Positions 1-7,450 of a DNA stretch of 21,411 nucleotides are shown in pieces. Position 1 is the stretch's first letter; each line of letters starts with the position of its first letter. Below the pieces are notes generated by a model. The model had not been told where the DNA came from. It saw only the letters and a program-made list of their open reading frames with translations, and did no database searches. The position numbers and the translations under genes are program-made. The stretch covers positions 1-21,411 of the forward strand of contig SHMW01000073.1 in assembly GCA_008080735.1 (NCBI GenBank), given 5' to 3'. Source of the DNA: Promethearchaeota archaeon (lineage in GTDB: Archaea; Asgardarchaeota; Lokiarchaeia; Sigyniarchaeales; SOKP01).

Positions 1-78
1 CTGTTATGCGAGGACCCCCACGAGTCTGACAAGAACGCCTTCATCTCGAGCTATATCGAATACCGCCTCACCCAATAA
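1..78 (+). CDS. 3' end of a truncated GC-rich ORF (…LLCEDPHESDKNAFISSYIEYRLTQ*), possibly a transposase tail
   Basis: Open frame +1 from base 1 to TAA at 76-78. 40 of 78 bases are G+C, against a strongly AT-rich flank. It lies at the window edge and the product cannot be identified. Confidence 0.35.
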   Translation: MLCEDPHESDKNAFISSYIEYRLTQ

Positions 79-206
79 ATTCTCCTTATCTAAGTTTCTC
101 TTTAAATGTAAAGAATAAACTCAAGTATATATTTTTTATATATTTTAAGTTTGCTTGGAATTATTTGTAGTTTTCTCTTATGATTAATAAAAAAAAGAAT
201 GGAAAC

Positions 207-1412
207 TTAAAAGATGGCTCTGTGAGTGAAGACCGCATCCACCATTGCTTTCAACTTTATAGGGTTAAGAAGTAGAAAATAGAAATTCTTGGATAGTTCG
301 CTTTCAAGAACAATTTCATAAGTAAAATCTATTCCTTTATTGGATGGACTTAAAATTCCTATATTTTTCAATCGAATAATCATATTCATAAATTCTTCAA
401 TATTTTCATTAGTTTCCAATGATTCACAAGAGATATCAAATAGCTCTTTTAATTCCTCTAGATTTATATAGTAATTTGACGAATTCGAGGAGAAATGATT
501 TATTAAATTATCAAGAAATACAATCGCTAAAGGGGTTTCTTCTGAAAGATAATTCAACATACTAAATTCATCCTGATTGTTTAGAACATCAAAATGATTC
601 TCGCATATTGTCAATAGACTATTATAGTCAACAGAATCCCTATTTTTGAGTGAGGGATATAAATCTCGAAGGATATTTATCCCCTTTCCCGGAACAGGTA
701 CATAATTTTCACAAATGAGATCTGTTATTATTTCAATTAGATCTCGCTCAATCTTATAAGAAAAACTCAAATCAGTTCTCTGGGTGAAAATTGAAACGAG
801 TTGATCATAGGAGAAGAATTCTAATTTCCTTTTCAGATCATAATCAGAGAGGAGATCTATGGTAGTGGGGCGTAATACTCTATTCACGGTAGAAATCACC
901 GAAATATTGGAATTTTTTCCAAAAGTTAGAAATTTTTTTTGGATTTTAGCCTTAAGATGTTCCGAATTATAAAAGATAAAAATCACATGATTGTCAAGTT
1001 TCTTACACATTAATTTCAAAAGACTCCATAACCGTGGAATATTCGAATTTAGAATCGAGCTCAATTCGAAATTAAGATCGCAATGTTTTGAGAGAATTAC
1101 TATTAAGCTTATTATTAGCTCTTCTATGTTTTTTTCTTTACAATCAATTTGGATTTTTTTGTAAAGATGGAAATAGTCGTTAGTATTAATAAGATCTCCT
1201 AAAACTTTATTAATAATTGATTTTTTACCGATACCTTCTATTCCTTGATATAGAATATTAACAGAAAATTTATCTTGGAGGCTATCGGTTAAGATTGAGA
1301 GAAGTGACGATTCTTCTGTTTCTCTAAAAAGAAGTTCTGGAGGAACATAAAGCGGATCAAAGAGTGCCTTTGGTCCAATAAAATTATCTCTTGCTTTATT
1401 TTTTGAAATCAT
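207..1412 (-). CDS. Cdc6/Orc1-family AAA+ protein, divergent paralog with degenerate ATPase motifs
   Basis: The N-terminal 'LFDPLYVPPELLFRETE' is a typical Cdc6/Orc1 start. P-loop-like GIEGIGKKS, 'FFSYDQLVSIFTQR' lid motif, and a C-terminal winged-helix-like region (LKNIGIL). ATG at 1412 is preferred over TTG at 1445. Confidence 0.75.
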   Translation of the reverse strand: MISKNKARDNFIGPKALFDPLYVPPELLFRETEESSLLSILTDSLQDKFSVNILYQGIEGIGKKSIINKVLGDLINTNDYFHLYKKIQIDCKEKNIEELIISLIVILSKHCDLNFELSSILNSNIPRLWSLLKLMCKKLDNHVIFIFYNSEHLKAKIQKKFLTFGKNSNISVISTVNRVLRPTTIDLLSDYDLKRKLEFFSYDQLVSIFTQRTDLSFSYKIERDLIEIITDLICENYVPVPGKGINILRDLYPSLKNRDSVDYNSLLTICENHFDVLNNQDEFSMLNYLSEETPLAIVFLDNLINHFSSNSSNYYINLEELKELFDISCESLETNENIEEFMNMIIRLKNIGILSPSNKGIDFTYEIVLESELSKNFYFLLLNPIKLKAMVDAVFTHRAIF

Positions 1413-1453
1413 TTTTATAGTATAATATTGTTTAATATTTTTCAAAAAATGAG

Positions 1454-1461
1454 TATTTAAA
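1454..1461 (-). promoter_or_regulatory. Probable TATA box (TTTAAATA) for the Cdc6-like gene
   Basis: TTTAAATA on the minus strand about 45 nt upstream of ATG 1412. The AT-rich background limits specificity. Confidence 0.3.
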
Positions 1462-1518
1462 CCCCTCGGAGAGAGAGGTGATTGGAAGTAAAATTAAAAA
1501 TTTATTTTTTTAAAACTC

Positions 1519-2334
1519 CTATTCGAGCGTCATTACCTTTATTTTTTCTTTATGAATTTTTTCATTTAATCGAATTTTTCTGAGTTTTCTGGGAAAATGT
1601 AAATCTATAACATCAGTAACATATCCGCTCTTGGCTATTGGTCCTTGTATTTGTTTCAATCTGGAAGGTGTCATGGGACCTTCATTAAAGGAGATAATTT
1701 GGCTATTTCCTAGAAAATTTCTATCAAATATGCTTCCAAGAGTATTACTTGCAGCCAATGGAATTCTATTTTCAAGCGCTCGTGCTTGAAGATATATTTT
1801 CCAATTATCCATCCCATCTTCTCTTATTTGTGTAGGAGAGAATAATATATCGGCACCATTTTCCGCCGCAAGTCGCGGAGTTTCATAAAACGCCATATCA
1901 AAACAAATGAGTATCGCAAAATAAAACTCATTATATTTAAATATTTTTAGGGTATCCCCTGGTTCGAAATATTTTGATTCATATGTATAAAGATGAATTT
2001 TCTCTTGCCGACCGATTTCCCTTCCTTTATCGTTAAAATAGTAACATGTAATAAAACGCTGATCTGGTTTATTCTTTCGAAACTCCCATATAGCACCAGA
2101 TATAATATTAATCTTGTACTCCTTTGCTAGAGATTTAACGAAAAGATAATCATCACTTCTCTCTTTTTGGAAATTTTTTTCCATTTGTGAATTAAAAGGA
2201 ACCCATCGTTCTGGTAAAATAACAAAATCCAAGTATGGATGATTGGATATTAGTCCATTCATTAATTCTTTTATATGACTATAACATTTAGATCTATCAT
2301 CTAAAATTCGTGGTTGAAGACACGCTATCTGCAT
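1519..2334 (-). CDS. Carbon-nitrogen hydrolase (nitrilase/amidase superfamily)
   Basis: Catalytic triad motifs VILPE (Glu), QEKIHL (Lys) and LICFD (Cys), plus 'ARALEN'. Confidence 0.9.
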   Translation of the reverse strand: MQIACLQPRILDDRSKCYSHIKELMNGLISNHPYLDFVILPERWVPFNSQMEKNFQKERSDDYLFVKSLAKEYKINIISGAIWEFRKNKPDQRFITCYYFNDKGREIGRQEKIHLYTYESKYFEPGDTLKIFKYNEFYFAILICFDMAFYETPRLAAENGADILFSPTQIREDGMDNWKIYLQARALENRIPLAASNTLGSIFDRNFLGNSQIISFNEGPMTPSRLKQIQGPIAKSGYVTDVIDLHFPRKLRKIRLNEKIHKEKIKVMTLE

Positions 2335-2336
2335 TT

Positions 2337-3098
2337 TTATTCTCTATTTTTGTTTATGGTATCTATTATATTAGATAGTTCATCCAAACTTTCAATTTCA
2401 AAATTAGGGGTTTCATATTTTCTAAGATTATCTCTTTTTGTATATGTATCATATTTCCCTCCTCTATGTATATATACGCTATAAATATGGTTTTTATTGG
2501 CAGGTACAATATCTCTCTCGATTCTGTCTCCAATGTAGATCGCTTCTTCTCCTTTAACTCCCACCTCATTTAAACAAAACTCAAATAGCCATGGATTGGG
2601 TTTTCTAACACCTATTTGGTCTGAGATAATCACTAATCCAATTAGTGGGTCAAGGTCTAATCTCAAGATCTTTTCCCATTGTTTTATGGGAATTCCATCA
2701 GTAATTATTGCAGTTTTTATGTCCTTTTCTTTTAAATCTTTTAATATGGGAATCACATCATCATATAATTTAATAGACTCTATTTTTTCTTTATGATATG
2801 CCATCACTGCTGCAGAGATGAACTTGTATTTCATATTGAAAGAGATATCAAAATCCTCATAGACTTGATTTAATCGACGAATAAAATAATTATAATGCTT
2901 CGAAAAATTTGAACCGTATTCATCAACAATTTCCATTAATATCCTAATCGCTCTTTCTCGGTCGATCTTTAAGCCCAATTTCAACATTGCCTCTATACCC
3001 TTTATTCGGGCTCTCCGTGATAAGCCCGTTGAATCGAATAAACAATCATCAAGATCAAAAGCAACAAGATCGATTTTGTTTCTCGTTTTTTTCATCAT
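2337..3098 (-). CDS. HAD-superfamily hydrolase (subfamily IA, TIGR02253-like)
   Basis: Motif I FDLDDCL, motif II ITDG, motif III KPNP, motif IV IGDRIERDI. ATG start at 3098 is preferred over TTG at 3116. Confidence 0.9.
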   Translation of the reverse strand: MMKKTRNKIDLVAFDLDDCLFDSTGLSRRARIKGIEAMLKLGLKIDRERAIRILMEIVDEYGSNFSKHYNYFIRRLNQVYEDFDISFNMKYKFISAAVMAYHKEKIESIKLYDDVIPILKDLKEKDIKTAIITDGIPIKQWEKILRLDLDPLIGLVIISDQIGVRKPNPWLFEFCLNEVGVKGEEAIYIGDRIERDIVPANKNHIYSVYIHRGGKYDTYTKRDNLRKYETPNFEIESLDELSNIIDTINKNRE

Positions 3099-3301
3099 TT
3101 TATAATTCCCAAACAAGAGGTTTTATAGTTAACTAAAATTGAATTTCAAATATTTATTGGGAAAACCATTATTAAGTTTAATATAGTTGATTGATTAATT
3201 ATCACATAGGGTATTATAAGATAAATTTATTTATTCTTTTCGATATATAATGTTTAAACTTTAATTTTATTGGAACCCTAAGAAAAATAAGAAAAAACCA
3301 A

Positions 3302-4642
3302 GTGGAGAGTAAATATTTGAAAACTATCGCTTCTCTGAGCTATTTCCATCGTAAGATTGGTCCAATTGTATTCTATGCCTATCCAGAAGACTTATTGGAA
3401 GAGCAATTATCAACAAGAATTGCAAATATAATGGATCAACAATTTTCAGAGGGGTTTTTTACACATTCATTTGAAGAAACAATAACTATGAATTATTACT
3501 TTGAGATTCAATCAGATTGGGCACGTGGAAATAATGATATGCTGATGATATCAATTATCTTTGATGAACAAACAGATATAAAAGTAGAAGAAAAGATACA
3601 AGACTTATGTATTGAATTTTCAGACAAATTAAAATCGAATGAAGATATATATACCGCCTTTTATATCAGCGATTTGAATAATTTTAACCGAGAGGAACAG
3701 GAGAAGATAGTCAAGAATAACGAATTAGTTAAGCTATGGGTGCGAGAGTTATATTGGGCATCAGTAGAAGTAACCAGACAGAAAACTGAAGAGGAAAGAT
3801 TAGCTGAATTGCTAAGCGAGAAATATGTCTTTCTTACACTAAGAAAGCTCTCAAAAGGCCCTTTACCACTTGAATGGATGAAAGAATGGTTCCAAGATAA
3901 TTTTCCAAAAAAGAATTTTGACGAGACGATTGAAACATTAGCGGAAAAACAATTAATTTTCATTAATCAAATCGGAATTGTAGAAAAATATATTCTTCTT
4001 TTAAAAGAGGTTAATGCTGAACGTATACCTCCAGATAGCGTTATAGAATATATTGACGAAACTCCAGAGCTAATAGATCTAATTCTCCCAAAGGTACAAA
4101 AATATTTCAGCAAATATGAAACCAAAACTGAAGAAGAATTAGAAGAGGATTCGTTTTTGTTATTTCAAATTATTTCAGACCCCAAAAAATATAATGTATT
4201 ATCTGAATTGAGAAACGGTCTCATTCCGCGAGACAAACTTCCAAAGCTAGTTTCTAAACGAAATTTAGATGCTTTAAGTAAGGTTTTAAACTTTCTTAAA
4301 GAACATGATATAATTGAGGAACTCAAGTTTAAAAATGAGAGATATATTGTGCTAAAAACTAATTTACAAGTTACAACGGCGTTTCCAGAATATCTAAGAA
4401 AATTATTGCCAAAAGAGGCTAAACCCGTCGTAGCGGACAAATATAATCCAAAAACCCCAGAACGAAAAATGCAAAAAGAAATTGCTGAGATTTTAAAAGA
4501 TGTTAGAAATAAAGGAACTAAAAAAACTAAAGAAGAAAAAATAAGTGATTTTCTAGAAGATTTGGCCACGAAAAATCCTGAAAACTCATTATCAAATAAA
4601 TATTCAAATTTAGATAAAAAAGAAAAGAGAATGAATAAATAA
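3302..4642 (+). CDS. Longin/uDENN-like domain protein (NPRL2/folliculin-like N-terminus) with tandem winged-helix-like C-terminal domains
   Basis: N-terminal LSYFHRKIGPIVFYAYP resembles NPRL2-type F-x-x-x-x-GP-x5-P. It has 'WARG' followed by a hydrophobic strand (MLMISIIF), two wHTH-like segments (…LRKLSKGP…LAEKQLI; …LSELRNG…LKEHDII) and a charged tail. Confidence 0.65.
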   Translation: MESKYLKTIASLSYFHRKIGPIVFYAYPEDLLEEQLSTRIANIMDQQFSEGFFTHSFEETITMNYYFEIQSDWARGNNDMLMISIIFDEQTDIKVEEKIQDLCIEFSDKLKSNEDIYTAFYISDLNNFNREEQEKIVKNNELVKLWVRELYWASVEVTRQKTEEERLAELLSEKYVFLTLRKLSKGPLPLEWMKEWFQDNFPKKNFDETIETLAEKQLIFINQIGIVEKYILLLKEVNAERIPPDSVIEYIDETPELIDLILPKVQKYFSKYETKTEEELEEDSFLLFQIISDPKKYNVLSELRNGLIPRDKLPKLVSKRNLDALSKVLNFLKEHDIIEELKFKNERYIVLKTNLQVTTAFPEYLRKLLPKEAKPVVADKYNPKTPERKMQKEIAEILKDVRNKGTKKTKEEKISDFLEDLATKNPENSLSNKYSNLDKKEKRMNK

Positions 4643-4672
4643 ATTTTAATTCTTTTACAAAAATCGATTGGG

Positions 4673-4939
4673 ATGCCGAAAAAAGAGATAAAAAATGATT
4701 TAGAAGAAGATTTAAAATATCTTTTAGGTACCTTGGGGATCGAAATCTTCTATTCTATAGAAAGAGGGGCAAGAAACGATGAAACAATAAAACTATTTTC
4801 GGGAATCCCTATTGTATGTATAAAAGGGAGAATCCCAGTTTTGGTTGGACTTAATCTAATAGAGAAAAAGAACAAGGAGTATTATTTGACTAAGAAAGGT
4901 CAGAGATTTAAAAATTTGTTGGAAAGAGAAGAAAGATAA
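4673..4939 (+). CDS. Small winged-helix protein
   Basis: 88 aa. The C-terminal LVGLNLIEKKNKEYYLTKKG is the classic wHTH wing (YxLTxxG). Confidence 0.7.
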   Translation: MPKKEIKNDLEEDLKYLLGTLGIEIFYSIERGARNDETIKLFSGIPIVCIKGRIPVLVGLNLIEKKNKEYYLTKKGQRFKNLLEREER

Positions 4940-4953
4940 TTAAATTGATTTGG

Positions 4954-5030
4954 AGGCATCAGATTGGGGCAACATTTTCATTGCTATGAGCAATAGCTCT
5001 TTTAAATTGTCACAAGATCATCATCTGCCT
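4954..5030 (-). ncRNA. C/D-box guide sRNA (snoRNA-like), predicted to guide 2'-O-methylation of 23S rRNA G2251 (E. coli numbering)
   Basis: Minus strand reads AGGCA-g-ATGATGA (box C, 5024-5018) … AATGTTGCCCCAAT-CTGA (box D, 4962-4959)-TGCCT. A 5-bp terminal stem AGGCA/TGCCT brackets the boxes. There is an internal hairpin GCTAT/ATAGC and an upstream BRE/TATA-like element. It is intergenic. Confidence 0.75.
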
Positions 5031-5060
5031 TGTTCCTACAAAATCTAATAATGAATCTAT

Positions 5061-5078
5061 CAATATAAAACTATTTCT
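5061..5078 (-). promoter_or_regulatory. Putative BRE-TATA promoter (AGAAATAG-TTTTATA) of the C/D sRNA
   Basis: A purine-rich element followed by TTTTATA, 34-40 nt upstream of the sRNA terminal stem on the same strand. Confidence 0.4.
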
Positions 5079-5148
5079 AAAAAGTTCTATTGGTTTTAGT
5101 AGGAAGAAAGATTAGGAAGAAACGGTTTTTGGAAAAGAAGAGAATTTT

Positions 5149-5625
5149 TTATTTATTATTCTGTTCGGATTTTTGATTATAATAATATTTTCTAATATAA
5201 TAACCGGGTTCTTTAAAACCCCCGCTTTCTTTTATGAGAGTTCTTAGGCCTTCTTTTTTATCCAATTTTCTATTAATGGTCTCATATTCTTGGGGGGTTA
5301 TTTCTCCTCTCCCCAAAAGATAATCTAATATTTCCTTAGCCTCTTTTTTTGTAGAACATCTTCTTATAAAGTGAATCGCTTTAGGGTCAGATAGATCATC
5401 TAATTTAGATTCAGAGCCTTCTTTTTTCTTTTCGTTTTTTTCCGAGCCTTCAACCTCGTAATCAATAGATTCTATTTGAATAGATTTCTTTTTATTTTCT
5501 ATTTCATCCATTAGATGAGGCAAAAACTGGTTCAACTCATCTCTATCATATGAGACATTCAATCCGTCTTCTCTATTGACCTTTGCATCATTAAATTCGT
5601 TATCCTTTTCTGATTTTTCATTCAT
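5149..5625 (-). CDS. DUF2095-like archaeal protein
   Basis: 'FLPHLMDEI', 'P.AIHFIRRCST..EA.EILDYL..RGEIT' and 'KEPGYY' match the archaeal DUF2095 pattern. Confidence 0.75.
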   Translation of the reverse strand: MNEKSEKDNEFNDAKVNREDGLNVSYDRDELNQFLPHLMDEIENKKKSIQIESIDYEVEGSEKNEKKKEGSESKLDDLSDPKAIHFIRRCSTKKEAKEILDYLLGRGEITPQEYETINRKLDKKEGLRTLIKESGGFKEPGYYIRKYYYNQKSEQNNK

Positions 5626-5717
5626 GAATTTCTAATACTGTTCTCCAATTAAGTCTTTAAGCTATTTTTAATTAATAAAAGTATTAAAGAAAATAAAAAG
5701 TTATTATTATAAATTTT

Positions 5718-6644
5718 ATGAAAGCACTTATTTCTGACAAAATACACGAAGATGGAATTAAAATTTTGCAAAAAGGCGGATTTGAGGTGGATCAAAAATT
5801 TTCTCTTAGTCCTGATGAGCTACGGAAAGAAATTGCTAATTATGATGCAATTATAGTACGATCTGGTACAAAGCTGACAGCAGAAATCTTAGAGAATGCA
5901 CGGAAATTAAAAGCAATTGGAAGAGCAGGGGTTGGATTAGATAATATAGATTTGAAAAAGGCAGAAGAATTGGGCATTAAGGTATTTAATACTCCAGAAG
6001 CACCCTCAGTATCTGTGGCAGAACTTACGATGGGGCTTATATTAAGTCTGGTTCGTCATATAGCGAAAGCAGATAAAACTATGCATTGTGGTGAGTGGCT
6101 TAAAAGCAATTATACGGGGTATGTACTAAAGGGAAAGAAGATGGGGATAATTGGGTTTGGAAATATTGGGTCTGAGGTTGCAAGGAAAGCTTCTGCATTC
6201 GAAATGCAAATAGGCATTTATGATGTTGACCAAGATGCCAAGAAAAAGGCAAAATCTTTAGGATACCATATCTATACCTCTGTAGATGAATTGATTCAAG
6301 ATGTTCAGATAGTATCTTTACACATTCCCTCTACCGTCCATACTGAAAATACAATAGACGCAAGAAGATTACAGTTAATGAGTAAAGACACCATTTTGAT
6401 AAATACTGCGAGAGGAAATTTAGTCGATGAGGGTGCTTTAATTAAAGCATTGCAAAAAAAGAAAATTGGTGGTGCTGCCTTAGATGTGTATAGAGAAGAA
6501 CCCCTTAATAATTTGGATTTATGTCAATGCGAAGAAAATTTGATCTTGACACCCCACATTGGAAGCCAAACAGAAGAAACTCAGATTGAAGCAAGTACAG
6601 GGGCTACCAGAAAAATTATAGATTATTTTAAGAGTCTGAAATAA
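5718..6644 (+). CDS. serA: D-isomer-specific 2-hydroxyacid dehydrogenase / D-3-phosphoglycerate dehydrogenase (short form, no ACT domain)
   Basis: IVRSGTK, RAGVGLDNID, GFGNIG (NAD binding), INTARG, LDVYREEP, TPHIG. Confidence 0.8.
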   Translation: MKALISDKIHEDGIKILQKGGFEVDQKFSLSPDELRKEIANYDAIIVRSGTKLTAEILENARKLKAIGRAGVGLDNIDLKKAEELGIKVFNTPEAPSVSVAELTMGLILSLVRHIAKADKTMHCGEWLKSNYTGYVLKGKKMGIIGFGNIGSEVARKASAFEMQIGIYDVDQDAKKKAKSLGYHIYTSVDELIQDVQIVSLHIPSTVHTENTIDARRLQLMSKDTILINTARGNLVDEGALIKALQKKKIGGAALDVYREEPLNNLDLCQCEENLILTPHIGSQTEETQIEASTGATRKIIDYFKSLK

Positions 6645-6702
6645 AAAAATTATAAAATTATTATTTATTATACAAATACACAGTAGAAAAAAGTGATCTC
6701 AA

Positions 6703-7287
6703 GTGAAGTCAGGATATAAATATGTGAAGGAAACATTTGAAAAACATGACAAAACCTATAAAAGTTCGAATTGGAAACGCGCAATAGAATATCGCAAGGG
6801 AAGATCTGTTCAGAGAATTAACAGACCAACAAAGATTCATCGCGCTAGAGATTTAGGATATAAGGCAAAACAAGGATATGTAGTAGCACGAGCACGTATT
6901 CGCAAAGGCGGCATGCATAAGCAGCGTCCTAAACGAGGAAGAAAAAATCGAGCGATGGGTGTTGTAAAATACACAACGGGTAAGAATTTGAGATGGATCG
7001 CAGAAGAGCGGGCACAAAAAAGATTTCCAAACTTAGAAGTACTAAATAGTTATAAGATATCATCTGATGGTAAACATTGGTATTATGAAGTGATCCTAGT
7101 CGATCCTCATCATCCCGTCATTAAATCGGATCCGAAGATCAATTGGATCTGTGATTCATCAAATAAAAAGAGAGTCTACAGAGGTAAAACTTCCGCAGGT
7201 AGAAAAGCGCGAGGACTACATAAAAAAGGATGGGGATCTGAAAAAACTCGTCCGAGTATAAGGGCCAATAAAGGGCGAGGAAATTAA
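6703..7287 (+). CDS. rpl15e: 50S ribosomal protein L15e
   Basis: 'RARDLGYKAKQGYVVARARIRKGG', 'AEERA…NLEVLNSY', 'YEVILVDPHHP', 'RGKTSAGRKARGL'. Confidence 0.97.
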   Translation: MKSGYKYVKETFEKHDKTYKSSNWKRAIEYRKGRSVQRINRPTKIHRARDLGYKAKQGYVVARARIRKGGMHKQRPKRGRKNRAMGVVKYTTGKNLRWIAEERAQKRFPNLEVLNSYKISSDGKHWYYEVILVDPHHPVIKSDPKINWICDSSNKKRVYRGKTSAGRKARGLHKKGWGSEKTRPSIRANKGRGN

Positions 7288-7450
7288 TAATCCTTTTCTT
7301 AACAGTTTCTATTTTTTAATAGTATTAAATTAGTTTTTATATACTTCCAATATTCTCCTTATTTGCTCTCTTTTATGAATAAGGCAAAAATAAGTTTCAT
7401 GAGATATTATTTAATAATATTAAGGTCACATTATAATTAAGTTGATTAAA

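Noticed and set aside
1455-1490. TTCCA…AGGGGT (minus strand) upstream of the Cdc6-like gene as a possible ORB/replication origin; weak CCTC/GAGG hairpin
   Set aside because: The spacing does not fit the ORB consensus, the GAAA core is missing, it is a single copy, and the intergenic region is too short for an origin.
2366-2796. Short ORFs 2366-2569 (-) and 2596-2796 (+)
   Set aside because: Both lie fully inside the HAD hydrolase gene and are alternative-frame or antisense shadows with no motifs.
3661-4569. Antisense ORFs 3661-3963 and 4165-4569
   Set aside because: Shadows of the longin-domain gene; the Ser/Phe/Leu-rich composition is typical of antisense to Lys/Glu-rich coding.
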